A stretch of 63,227 nucleotides of DNA, filler included, from Collodictyon triciliatum (GCA_043381765.1; 4 parts of 4 records of this genome joined end to end with filler, not necessarily neighbours in it), one strand, 5' to 3'; counted from the first letter of the whole stretch, positions 12,821 to 26,070 are shown. Notes: generated by a model not told the origin, from the sequence alone. Program-made: numbers and translations.

Positions 12821-15800
12821 TCATCCAAGATAAGGGTCAGGTATGTTCCTGTTCCTCAGCTCCAATACTTTTGCCCTGATTGCAGGGCCCCTCTTAAATG
12901 CGGGGATGATAAAAGCTACGGTTGACACGCTTGAAAGCCAGATACAGTTAACCAAAATCAAGAGAACTGGTATCCATGTCTGTGAGCTCAAGAAACTGGA
13001 CAGTAGGGCAAGGAAGAACGATAAAAATATCACATATAGACTCGATAGCTCCATGGTGTTTTCAAACTTTGAATTGTACGGACAATACTGCCTCTGTAGC
13101 CATATGGAGCCCTTTGGAAATGTAATGGACATGAGCCTTAGACATCCTAAAAACAAACCATGATAATTTTTTTCTAGCCAATACCTGAATCACCATCACG
13201 AGAAGCATAAAATATGCAGAACGCTGAGTGTATGGAATAACACTGGTGATGAAGGAGAATGCAACACGACGCGCGATAATGACGAATTCCCAATTTATGA
13301 GGCTCTGTATGGCATTGAATAATGACTTTTACGTTTACAAGTTCTGGATGGTATGCAAGTTAAAGAAATATTACTTCTTTATAGGGTAAAAATAGAAATC
13401 CATAGCGCGCCTTCGGGTCGTATCCAGGTTGAAGCACGGCATTTTTGACCTTGAACCATAACAGCACAGGAAGACCTATGATAAAAACTACACAGGCAGG
13501 TATCGATAGAGCTAGCACTTGCAGATATTCTGGCGATGCTGGGCTGCATTCAATCCACGGTGCGTAGTTAAGATACAATTTCCCCTCGCCGTTGTCATTA
13601 ACAGTGCAGCCGAATGTGCCAAATACCTCCCTTGCGATGGAGTAGTATACGAAGAAAAGCAGGTTCAGGGTGATGAATACAACCTAGTAAAGTTGCAATT
13701 TTACAATTGTTTAAAAGTCAAAAATATGAGATTTATCAATAAAGCATAAATTTATCTTCGTCTTCTTTAAATTGGATAAAAGAAAAGCATATGCACCTTG
13801 TTTTGCATTTGTTTAGGTCCAAGAAAGAACCCAGCTAGACCCGATAATACAAAAATAGGTATTCTAGAATAACTGAATATGATTGAATTCACAAGATTCG
13901 TTGATCCCAAAACACATGAAAGATTGGGAAGCTGAACTGAACCGAGGGAAAAGGATATATGGATAAAGTTATTTGTATCCTCAGATTTCACAAAACCAGA
14001 CGATATGATCGAAAGAGTTTGCATATGAAACAAGATAATACGGACGCTGGCTACAGTATATTTAAGTTTCGATTAAGATATGAAAATCTTATTATTCATG
14101 CACAAACGAACAGCACTGTGAAACTAGTATTTCTATATAAAAAAATAGGATAAAGGGAAAGGGAAAGGGAAAGGGAAATGGAAAGGGAAAGGGAAAGGGA
14201 AAGGGAAAGAATAACCTGAGGAGGACGATTCGGAAAAATACAAGTACGTAATGAGCAACAAAAAAAGCGCACTCCCAAACACAATCGTTGTGATTACAAT
14301 CATATCATCACATTTGAAGCATGAAATCCCTTGGCTCCCATACCCGTCTTGACATTTCGAGCATAAGTGACCTTCATACCCATCCTGACATACCTGAGTC
14401 ATTTGAGGAATATCGCGGGAATGGCCAGATTCTTTTGGAATGATTGAATTGCATGAATCAGGTCGAGGGCAAGGGACAATGCTGGCAAGTTGGGTTATAT
14501 TTGGAGATGCATAGCATTTCTTTAAAGTTATTCCATCAAGGCAATCACATTCTCTTGGACATTGTATGCAGTTATCCCCAAAGCCAAAGTAATTCGGGAG
14601 GCATTTACATAATGTATAGTTATAGTAAGTTGGATCCATATCCACAGTCATAGTTATCAGTCCAGATTTTGAGATGATTGCTGGGCAGATGTAAAGTTTT
14701 TTGCTATCTTCCAAGTTATATGGATCAGCATATTGCATGAAAGAGGGTATTAATCCAGATGTCTGATGATTCAAGTTGGTATTCTTAAGACCTAAATACT
14801 CGAGTTTATTGAACCTAAAGTATGATTCTGGTATAGTTCCTTGTACAGGATTTCCGGAAATATCAAGCTTTATCCACTTTGATAAATCTACCAGATCACT
14901 AATCGTAGTTATTCTGTTATTTCTTAGACTTAACGACTTCAGATTGGGCAAATAATCAAAAAGCCTTCTATTGATGGTTCCATAAAGATGATTATCATCC
15001 AAGAGCAGAGTCTCGTAGGTGTAGTTATAGTTGTTATCTACCCGAGATGGCATTATGAAGGTTGTAGCATCTAGCACGAATGAGTTGTTTCTTAAGTCTA
15101 TTGTCACTAGGGATGCGAGATTCCAGAAAAATATTGGAACAGTTCCATAAAAACTATTATGAGCCACAGAAAAGGACCTTATCTGATAGAATTTTTCAAT
15201 TGACGTTGATAGCGAACTGCCGAAACGATTACTTGACAGGTCAAGATATTGTATTGAAGGTATAGACCAAGGTGAAGGTAGGGAGCCAACTAAAAGATTT
15301 TCACTCAAATCCAATTGCCTTAACTTGGGCAATTTCATGTCTGTTAATGACGAGTTTAGCTGATTTCTGAAAAGATTTATTTCATCAAGTATTCTGCAAT
15401 TTTCAAATGTTGGAATGCTTCCATGCAATCGATTGTCGAACGCTAGAAATTTTTTTAAATTGACAAAATCCAAAAATCCTGGTATTGTACCTAGCAACGC
15501 AATGAACTTTGTAAGAATGTACAGTTGGGCACGTATTTTTGGAAATGATTTTAGCATACCATCTAGCCGGTTTTTTGAAACATTAATTATTGAAAGTGAA
15601 CTCATATCCTTGAAATAAGGTATGCCTCCTGGTCATTTACATTATTAATGTCATATGAATTATCGAAAAGGCTTAAAGAAATAAAATTGAATACCTCGCA
15701 ATTGATTTCCGGATAGATTTAAAGTCGATAAAATTGGTAGATTTTGAAAGATTGGTATTGTTCCTTTTGTGAAAATAATAGTTGTAATGTAATGCACAAG

Positions 15801-18061
15801 TCGTGAGCTTCATCTGATTATTTACAATTAAATCAAATTCTAAATATGCATTTTCTATACCATTGAGTCGGTTTCCCGAGAGTAATAACGAAGTCACAAG
15901 AGGAATTGAAGAAAAAAGTGGAATGACTCCTGCAGTATCGAATTATTTTGTTAACTTTCATTTCGCTTTGTGTAAGATAGGAGCATAATGGAATTAGCTG
16001 AATTTTATCAACTTTTTGTCAACATTTCTTCCGTTCTGTAAAAAATTACCCTCAAGCTGATTATCCGAGAGAGAAACTGTCTTAACTTTTTTTATTTCTC
16101 TAAAATTTGGAATATAACCTGAAATAAATTATAAGTTTATCATTACAAAAGGTTCGAAAATGATTATGGAGTGAAATCCTCTTTTAATCAATTAAATTGA
16201 ACCCGTAAGTTTATTGGCCGATAGATTTAGTGTTGTGATAGACGGTAAACCAGAAAAATTAGGAATATTCCCTTGAAAAAAAAAGTATGTTTTAGCATGT
16301 AAGTCAGCCATAGGACACATAAAGATTATTCTGAAAACCTTGTAACAAGTTGCTTTGTAATCGTAAATCCGAAATCAAAGGCATTTTTTGAAAATCGGGA
16401 ATAGAGCCTAATGAGGTGAGATTGCATGCATATGTTTTATTTTATTGGAAATAAAAATTATGAGTCGATTGATAAATTAAGGACCTTCTATTTTATTGTC
16501 AGATACTTGAAGGTATATAATGCATGGTAGGCTGTCTAGATCTGGAAGAGGCCCTATGATGTATGTATCAATATTGGATTTGGATTTGATTATAAGATTT
16601 ATAATATTTTTACGCAACATATTGGCGTATCCATACCACCCAAAACATTTGCACTGAAACGAAGAAGGACAACTCCCGGAATTTTATTAAAATTTGGCAA
16701 ATGTCCTACATCAAAGATCGTAAGTGGTTTGTGTATTCACTGCTTTACAAAATTGATACAAGGGAACTATAAGAATGTAGTTGAGCCAAGATAATATACC
16801 TTGTATTTTTGTCGAATAAATACCCAGAGAGGTAATATAAGGCATAAATTGAAAATTTGGTAGCGTTCCTATGAATAATTCCTTGCTTTATTATGGATGA
16901 CCATATGTCTGATTGAAATTCATAATTTATGTATGAACCTGTCAACTTTTCTGATGCTCCAATCCACAATTCAGTAATATAATTCAAACCAGAGAAATTT
17001 GGTATTGTTCCTTCAATCATATTCCCATCCAATTCGAGTTTCTCTATTACAGGCAAGCCAGAAAAATCGGGTAAACTTCCAGTTATTTGGTTTGTATAAA
17101 GATTGAGTTTTTTGGCCAGTGGAAGATAGAAATCAGGCATGTCTCCATACAATGTCCCAAAGGAAAAGACAACCGTGTCAAGAAAATGAAACTGTTCCAA
17201 TACTGACGCCATTTCTTGGATGTCACCGTGTAGATTATTCTCACTCAAAGAAAGTCCGGTAACCGAGCATCCATTCTCCTGGAATATTTGGTTAATTCAG
17301 TTATCATGATTATGAAGTCATGCACACTATATTGATGTACTATAAATCATAAAAGATCACATTCCTTTAGACGCAGTGAGACAAAATTAATGGCTGTTCA
17401 TTACCTTAATTTCTTCTCCTGTGCATTTACTACTGCATATCACCCCGTGCCATTGACAAATAGGTATTGATTGATTTTTCCAGCCGCTTTTTTTGAACCA
17501 TTCATCACCGTTCGCAAAATCATAAAAATCTACCAATAGAGAGTATTCACTGTAACCACTGAAAACATCAGGCATCGCTCCTGGGGTATCACAAACCCGG
17601 CTTTTATCGAGCATTGCAAGGTTTTTAATACCATATGAATGATCGGTCTCATCTTTTTTAGAAGAATCAGACATTTTCAAAGTCAACTCTATTTTGCTGT
17701 ATTTCATTCCGATATCACTCCAAGTTTTACTCAGCTCGTTTCGATTTTCTTGATAAAAATTCTCATCCACAGCACACATCGATTCTTGTATTTCATGAAG
17801 AATTTTTAATGCTTCATTTCGGTTCAGAGAGTAAAGCTCATCTTTAGTAAAATAGCACAAATCGCTGGCCTCGAATCTATGCAAAAGTTTTTTTTCCTTT
17901 ATTCGATTCAAAGTAATCTATGCAAAAGTTCAAAAAATGAAAATGAAAAAGAGCGATATCATAATTTTTTATTAACAAGCAAACCTGGAAAATGATAGGG
18001 AACAAGACACCAAAAGAATCAATACAGAAAGCATCGATACGAAACTCCTTGATGGAATCAT
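12821..18061 (-). CDS. Receptor-like membrane protein: signal peptide, LRR N-cap, many LRRs, Cys-rich repeats, multi-pass (about 7) TM domain
   Basis: Signal MIPSRSFVSMLSVLILLVSCSLSFS; cap LVDFYDFANGDEWFKKSGW...ICQWHGVIC; repeats of type LxxNxLxGxIPxF; Cys-rich CKCLPNYFG..CIQCPRECDC and CQDGYEGHLCSKCQDGY. Hydrophobic helices include RYGFLFLPYK and CPYNSKFENTMELSSL. Stop at 12821. Confidence 0.85.
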
Positions 18062-19480
18062 TCTAACAATATTAGAAATGGTTTTTTGATTTATATGAAT
18101 TAAGTTATTAGATTGATCCATATTATTTTGCTCACAGAATCACATAATTAAGGGAATTTAACTATTAAAATTTTCACTTTGATATACTGTTAAAGTAGAA
18201 TAAATTCTTAATCTATTGAAAACCCAACCGATTCAGACTCAAATATCTATGCACTTGGAAATAGAGCAAAGACGAACGCTAATAATTTACATATTTTTTT
18301 TAATTTTTTTCGAGTATTTGGCTTTAAGTTTCTTTCTTCAAAATTTTCTTTTACGTACTATTATAATATCCCAAGTTCCAAATTCAACTTTGCTATCATA
18401 ATATTCAAAAGACTGAATGTTTCGACTATTTAATTTCACACAGCTACATCTTGAGTTTGACCGTTTTGAATCATCTGATTTCTAAGGAAAATATTAGAAT
18501 TTCTATTTTAAAAGGGAGGATTACAAACTTCTTGCTTTGTATAAATATATAAATTCTACAAACCAGTAAAAAGTCACCATCAGGATAAAAAGAAGCTTCG
18601 TTTCTGTGGAATCGTAATTTTAATATTTTTGTTATTCTTATTTATGAATTTAAATTATCATTTTAATACGGTATTCCTCCATTGATGTGAGAGATATTGC
18701 GATTATTAATGGCGGGTCCTCCTGAGATGTCTAACTCAAATATTTTAACACTTGAATTGAGGGTTATGAGCAATATGATTATACTATTGAAAATAGGGAG
18801 AACATGGTGCTGCTTCAACTAGCCGAGTTTATTCATAAAATCACCTGGCTTGTTATGTGGCCTGCAACAGCGCAGAAATGAGATAATAAAATTTAATTTC
18901 AAATGAAAGGCTATAAAATCAAAAACTACTCTCATAGGATTTTTTGTTAAAGAAAAGTGGTGCAAAGAATGTTCTTCCTGTTTCGTACTAACTGAATAGC
19001 GTGTTTAGGATTGAAACTGATATTAAATACAATCGGAGAGCGTTGAATTTCATTTTCAAACAAATATTACCTTAGAATTTGATGATTATTATGACGCATA
19101 CTGCGCTTCCAAAAAATCTAGGTAAAGTAAATGAAAATTCGTGCAAGCAGGTTGTTTGGTATCGACTAATTCTAGGTGTAATATTCACAAACTCACTTGG
19201 AAGGGTTTTGACACAAAAACGTTTCGTGTTTTTGATACACCCTTATAAAAAGCTAGTTAAATAGTATGTGGGTGTAAGTCAGTTGAAATTTTTCTGTAAT
19301 TTTTTGTGTTATCATTTTTCATATCTCAATATTTCATGGATTAAGTCAATTTTCAGTGCGACTCTAACATATATTCTTAACTAATTTTCTGTGGGTATTT
19401 TAATGAATATTTTTGGTTTATTTTTTGGACGTTTTTGTATATTTATGTGAATTGTATTTTTATTTATTTTGTACGTTTTT

Positions 19481-19589
19481 GTATGTATGTATGTATGTAT
19501 GTATGTATGTATGTATGTATGTATGTATGTATGTATGTATGTATGTATGTATGTATGTATGTATGTATGTATGTATGTATGTATGTATG
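19481..19589. repeat. (GTAT)n microsatellite at the scaffold end
   Basis: Seen directly. Confidence 0.95.
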
Positions 19590-19689
19590 NNNNNNNNNNN
19601 NNNNNNNNNNNNNNNNNNNNNNNNNNNNNNNNNTTAATTAATTAANNNNNNNNNNNNNNNNNNNNNNNNNNNNNNNNNNNNNNNNNNNN
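19590..19689. other. Artificial scaffold spacer N44-TTAATTAATTAA-N44
   Basis: Exactly 100 nt with a six-frame stop linker at 19634-19645. Confidence 0.97.
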
Positions 19690-19690
19690 T

Positions 19691-19780
<90 letters not shown>
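19690..19780. repeat. (TTTC)n microsatellite upstream of HIS3
   Basis: Seen directly. Confidence 0.95.
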
Positions 19781-19783
<3 letters not shown>

Positions 19784-19908
19784 TTCTTCTGTCTCCCGTG
19801 TCTACAAATACGCAAAGTTTCCCTCGAGGGCGCACACTGGTTTCCATGGAGGAACTCATTTGCAAGAAATATGCATGCAGGACACCAAAATAACAACCTT
19901 CTACTAAA

Positions 19909-21241
19909 ATGGCTGAGGAAGTACCTGCCCGAGTGGCAACCATCGCCCGCAGGACAAAGGAGACCGACATCAATCTGACTCTGAACATCGACGGCACAGG
20001 AGTGGCCAACGTGAACACGGGAATTGGTGGGTTTCTGCCTGTGTTTGAAACTGTGGCCTCTGCGCTAGATAACCAAAAAAAAGAAGGAAAATATCATTAG
20101 ATTATATGTCATTATTCTTCCCCCTCATCAACAACAATTCATCTGTTTCTATGCTGGTTCTCCACACGCGCGCTTTTTGCGATAGTATATTCTTAACCCC
20201 ACTGTTATCGCAGGCTTTTACGACCACATGCTCACGGCCCTGGCCAAACACAGCAGAATGGACATCACACTCACATGCGTCGTATGCCTCCTTTTCTTTG
20301 TATCCTCATATACTCGTCTCCTTTTTTGTGTTTGTTTGTATGTTTGTTTGGTTTTCTGTTTGGTTTTCTGTTTGTTTGCTTACTAATGTTCAACTTCCTC
20401 TGCACTTCTCAAGGGTGACCTCCACGTCTGTGACCACCATACAGCCGAAGATTGCGCCATCGCCCTTGGAAACGCATTCGACACTGCATTGAGGGATAAG
20501 AAAGGAATTAATCGATTTGGATATGCGTATGCCCCTCTTGGTTTGTGCAACGCCCCTATTTTACACTGAGTTTAATATTATTTTAGTTATTCTCTTTATC
20601 CATATCGCGATTATTTTATCACATACCTGTGGCATTGCGCATAGTAACCTGGAAACTTTGAAAGCACTCTGTCTGCAGCTGTGTGTCACATGTAGTATAA
20701 TCAAGCATCTCCACAAACCTCTCACACGGCCATGAATTTCCTCAGACGAAGCGCTTTCCCGGGCCGTCATTGACATCTCCGGCAGACCGCACGCATCCAT
20801 AGACCTTGGCCTCAAGCGAGAAAAGATTGGCGAGCTGTCGTGCGAAATGATACCACACATCTTTGAGAGCTTCGCTGCCGCTGCCCGACTGACCCTTCAT
20901 GTGGATTGTCTGAAGGTTTGCGTTCTCTGCTTGTAATCTATCTCATCTTCGCTGTTTCCATTTATCCATACGAAATTATTCAGTAAATCCCGATAGTAAT
21001 TCTATCGTTACGATGAGTTTGTTGCCGAGCAGTTAATCGTGCCCTGGAATTCTCACCAAGAGAGACATATGTATATTTTCAAAACATGTCTGTTTTGTTC
21101 TCAACTTGTTGTGACTCGATGCAGGGCTTCAACGACCACCACCGATCCGAATCAGCCTTCAAGGCTTTAGCCATCGCCATCCGCCAAGCCGTGAAGACAG
21201 ACGGCTCCAGTGATATTCCAAGCACCAAAGGAGTCTTATAG
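19909..21241 (+). CDS. HIS3: Imidazoleglycerol-phosphate dehydratase (5 exons)
   Basis: [84 protein letters not shown] and the terminal PSTKGVL* (TAG 21239-21241). Confidence 0.97.
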
Positions 21242-21303
21242 TTCGCCAACAGACCCGTCACACACCCCAGCGGAGAGACACATAAGGGACACAGACAAGA
21301 ACA

Positions 21304-23767
21304 ATGATTATCCCGACCATCTATCTGCAAAACGGAAAGCTAGTAGAGGCCAAGGTGACGGCTGGAGGCCTAGAAGTAGAGAAGGTTTGGGTTGGTCACA
21401 TGACATAATGGGATATTATCATTTATATTTTCTTTTCTTTTCTTTTCTTTTCTTTTCTTTTCTTTTCTTTTCTTTTCTTTTCTTTTCTTTTCTTTTCTTT
21501 TCTTTTCTTTTCTTTTCTTTTCTTGTGCATCGGCCTCGTATGTGGCAGGAAAATAATATTCTCGACACTATACAGTTCCTTGAGAGTGACCTGGAGGACG
21601 TTTATCGCCAGTTCCGATACGCGGTGCAGATATGCGTGTATGACCTTGACACTAATTTCTCTGCAACAAGGTGAGATATGACCATAGCTCCCAATATCGA
21701 ATTTAACTCTAACTCATTGTAGCAAAATTTCTCCTTGCTCGAACTTGCGATAGGAAGAAGAAATTAGAAATTACTCCCATTGTATAAATCATACTGAATC
21801 TTCGTGTAGTGAAACCCAAAAAGTCGTGAAGAGATTCATCCGCGAAGGCTCGACCCGTGTTGCCTTACCAAATTCAACAGTATACAATCTACCATGATAT
21901 TAATAATAACATCAAATAATTGATGTGACCAGCGATTCAAAATCTGGTGCGGTTTAAATATGCTAAACATTGTTGTTTTACGCAGGACATCGAGGCTATG
22001 TATCAGCTCCTCGACACGGGGGCACTTGCTGTCCAAGTCCCCTTGCAAAGTCTAGAACTTGCAGCCGAGCTCCCAAAAGACCGGTTCCTGGTCGAAGTAT
22101 TTGCCCCCGATGTCTCGTGTGTCTCCCTTGAGTGGGCACATGCACGCCTTGGGCTGCCAGAAACTGTTTCGTCTACACTCAAGTCGAGCTCTGGGCTGGT
22201 GATTCACACTCAATCTGCAACTTCTTCTAGGTTGATTACGATTCAGCCATTTTGTTTCTACCATTTGCCATCATTTTCTGTCATACAGAGCGGCACTGTC
22301 ACTTTAGCAAAATAATCATTATACAATGAATGCCCTAAATGTTTTAACTTAACTTACTCGCTGAAATCCCAGCATCGAATGGATTCAGGCGCTCCAGTCA
22401 ACATTGAAGCAAGAGTACGAATTCGGTGGCCGTAGAGTGGTTGTGTCTGCTGACATGCAAGCTTTAGATGATGTCGCACAAATCCAGTCTTGTGACACTG
22501 ATATTCAACTGAGTGCAGCGCTTCTTGCTGTGGGCGAGACTGTTCCGCGAATTCTTCTGGCCGATGCTCTGACCTGTTCCCTGACCACCGATCGGTTTGT
22601 GTCTTTTGGCTTCAATCATCTTACTATCATTTTTTTTCCCTCCCCTTTGTTTTTCACAGTGTGATACATCCGAACAGTTCGCGTCGACCTGCATTTCTAA
22701 TCTGATAATGTGCACTTTACTCTTTTCGTTTGTTTGCATTTCGGCACCAAATAGACCTGATGGATTATTCACCACCCTCGTCGTCGACCAGCAAGGCGTT
22801 GCACTCGGCGTCGTATACTCATCGCGCGAGAGTATCCGCAAGTCTGTCGAAGTTGGGCGTGGAGTTTATCAGGTTCGAAGCCTAAGTTATTGGGAAAATC
22901 GCGAAGCATTAAGGCAAGCGAAATGACAGCCGAACCAATTTTTAATCGACCTGAACTGAGTTATAAATTCATTACAATACTCTTTTTCAGTCGAGGAAAA
23001 GAGGGCTTTGGTTCAAAGGAGAGACATCCGGCGCTGTTCAGCATCTAGTCCATATAGACCACGACTGCGATGCCGACTGCTTGAGATTTGTTGTGAAGCA
23101 AGTTGGAGTTGGATTCTGCCACTTAAATCGCCGCACATGTTTTGGTGAGAAAACCGAGTGTGAAAGAGATTTAAAGTATGAACCACCCTTGTGGCCGCCG
23201 TGCACTCGGGAATTGTGAAGCATGCAGACTATTCTATCATCCTTTCTCTTATCCTGTGGATTTCAACATAGGAGGTGACGACGGAATACCTGGACTGGTC
23301 CGGACGCTGCTGGAACGCCGAGTCAATGCACCTGCTGGCTCCTACACAAAGCGTCTTTTTGACGATGCCAAGTTGCTCAAGGTAGTCAACTTGTTACATC
23401 AGCAGCAATAAGAAAAAATAAGTTTAGAATGAAACCCTAAACGGCAAAACCATCACATCGGTGTGATTGTATTTTGCGGGCTGAACTCCACGCAAAACTC
23501 ATGTTGTATTGCCCACAGGCGAAGCTTCACGAAGAGGCAGACGAACTGCTGGAAGCGGTGGAGCCGGACCACGTGGCGGCAGAAGCGGCCGATGTCATCT
23601 ACTTTGCCATGGTCGCGGCTGCGCGGTCGGGTGTGGAGTTGGCTGACATCGAGCGGCACTTGGACAGACGCTCACTGCGGGTTCGTCGGCGTGCGGGGAA
23701 TGCAAAGCCTGCATATCTCGCGCCTCCAACCCCGGCAGAGCAGCAGTCCCAGCCTCCACCGTCATAA
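21304..23767 (+). CDS. hisIE: Histidine biosynthesis protein: degenerate HisA-like N-terminus + PR-AMP cyclohydrolase (HisI) + PR-ATP pyrophosphatase (HisE); no HisD domain
   Basis: Exon 1 (21304-21354) reads MIIPTIYLQNGKLVEAK. Later exons read DRPDGLFTTLVVDQQGVALGVVYSS, YQSRKRGLWFKGETSG, DHDCDADCLRF, GFCHLNRRTCFG, APAGSYTKRLFDD, AKLHEEADEL, EAADVIYFAMV and LDRRSLRVRRRAGNAKP. TAA at 23765-23767. Confidence 0.92.
21427..21523. repeat. (TTTTC)n microsatellite in intron 1 of the hisIE gene
   Basis: Seen directly. Confidence 0.95.
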
Positions 23768-23962
23768 AAGAAAAGAAGAAGAATCAAGGCATGGACATAC
23801 CTCGTAGCTGGCCATCTCCGCGTGTGAATATGTCCCAGTGAAGGCCCCCGACCTCGAGCAACTGTGGAACGCCTTTCTGTAGTCTCTTTTCAGCATCCAA
23901 CATTTATTAGTGGCGTTTGGTTTTATTTCCACGAATGTAGGGTGCGATTTTAAACACAGCCG

Positions 23963-26070
23963 TCATTTTCGGGGTTGCTTGGTAACAGGGCTGCTCTTTT
24001 CAGCGTTTGAACCAGAGTATATCTGGCTATTCGGCCTCTTGTCTCTTGTATGCATTCCTTTACATCAAGAAAACATTTCTCAGAAAAAAAATAACTGAAC
24101 ATGGGCGCACGATGCCTCCCACAAAAGCTGCACTCACGCTCGATGGCGGACTCTAGTTCCCTGACTCGTCCCTCCAAAGCCCTGACTTGTTCGGCTGATT
24201 CTTGCTTTGCATGGAGCGTCGTTGAGATTGGGCGGGATGTGTCTGGGGCATAATGGGGCCAGCAGAAGCAAAATAAAATAGACTGCATCGCACTGTGTTT
24301 TCCTTGAAGAGAACTTACTTTAACTGATTGAAGCTTTTTTCTATACAACTCGCTCGTCGAAGAGCCTTCGTTCTTTTGGGTTTCAATCCTCATCAATGCC
24401 TCGTCATACTTTGTGTCCAAAAGAAAAGGCGCACCATCAGGAACATGCATCCGCGATTGTTCCAAGCCTTTGCAGCCTGGAAAATAGGTGCCAGATACAC
24501 CCCGGCTTGATGTAACATGTTACTGACCTTGAGCTTCAGCTTGAGCAATTGCTGCTCTTTCATCGCTGCCTCATGGCTATGTTGCGACTTAAGCATCGAT
24601 ATTTCTTTCGTCAGCTCCTGATTTTGCTTATCCAAACGATTGATGTTGTTCTCAACTACAATTTCGGGAGGCAGGGCGGCTAGTCAGTTCCGGTAGTGGA
24701 ACCTCAAAAAAAACATACTTCTTGCTGATTATCAACACTTTTTGTTTCAACGGAAGTACGGGACCGCATAACTCAATTTCGAATGGGTGATTCTAAGATA
24801 AAAAGGTTACGTTCGTTTTTTAAGGAGCACGTTTTTGTGATGTGTGAATCAAGTGACGCTTTCAATCTCAAACATTCAGACTCTGTCTCGACGAGTTTCT
24901 GCGGACGATAGAGATGACTGTCAGGGTGATGGTGTGATGTTGTGTTTCGTTCAGAGTGGTTTCACGTGTTACATTTTTGATTAACTTGGCCTCCTTAAAA
25001 ATTTCCAGATTATCATAGTCGGTTTTCACGCTGGACTCTATAGAACTCTATAAGATATATATATAATGAAAAACTGGTTGCCAATCCACACCTCACTAAA
25101 ATTATCACGATTTATGTAGAATTTAATCCAGTAGATGCCTGTTTTATTGGTGCTTTTACAGCGAGTTTTTCCCTTAGCAACCATAACCAAGAATTGGTCT
25201 TTCCATGGTTTGATAGAAAATGAAGGGGAGCGGACAAAATGAATATTCATGCAGGACATTCAAACCTGAATAATTTCCAGACTTTGGCGCCGCTCTTGCT
25301 GCAGTCCCTCTAGTGTCTTCATTGAGACATTCATATGAGCCCACCATTCATAATCGGATAGTCTTTCTTATCTCACAGACTTGTACTGTACATTACCTTT
25401 GTCATTTCGCACCACTTCGCCGCCATCTGCGCTTGGATTGTCTGGGCAATGCTCAACTTTTCCTTCACATCTGCTAATTCTGAAAGAAAAGAAAATTATA
25501 TTTCAAATATTGCAGATTATTTTGAAGCATGAACTTTTGATGTCTGTGAACCTTTTTTGAGCTTCTGGATAATGGCATCTTTATCAGCCTCTGAGATTGT
25601 GAGCTTTTCGATGACACTTTTGCATTCCTCTAGCTCTCTCAAATCCTTTGAAAGTTTGTATTTTAGTAAAGTATACACTTGACCGATACATCCTCGTTTG
25701 CCATGGCATTCATTTGGCGTTTTCTTTCGTGGAACCTTGTCGATTTCGTCCAGGCATTCAAGGACAGACTCCATCAGATTTTGCGGCGCTCCAACCTGTG
25801 TTGGCCAGCAAGCGAGGGAAATAAATAGAAGGAAAAAAAAAAATAAAGGAATAATTAGAGGCTCTCTCGGCATCGTCATATCATTTTGTGCAAGTGGGCG
25901 CCTCTGCGTGCAAATCTATCTTTTATCATCCGATGTTTGGTTTTGTGTTGTTCGGAACAGTGCGCGCTTGCCTGTGTCCTCTGCAGACTTGTCCCCTTCT
26001 TTTCTCCAACACGGTTTTAAAGTATCGTTCCGCGATTGGACTTGCCAAAACAGAATCCCGCGTCCCAACA
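23963..26070 (-). CDS. Multi-exon coiled-coil protein of unknown function; start codon not resolved
   Basis: Exons with heptad/charged character: DLRELEECKSVIEKLTISEADKDAIIQKLKK, LDKQNQELTKEISMLKSQHSHEAAMKEQQLLKLKLK, QESAEQVRALEGRVRELESAIE. Both ends are approximate. Confidence 0.55.

Noticed and set aside
19634-19645. Palindromic TTAATTAATTAA recurring every about 19.7 kb as a biological periodic element
   Set aside because: Always centred in exactly 44+44 Ns; it is a six-frame-stop assembly linker.
21239-21304. Stop-codon readthrough joining HIS3 and hisIE
   Set aside because: The 62-nt spacer is not a multiple of 3; the HIS3 frame meets TGA at 21305 and the hisIE frame has TAA at 21283.
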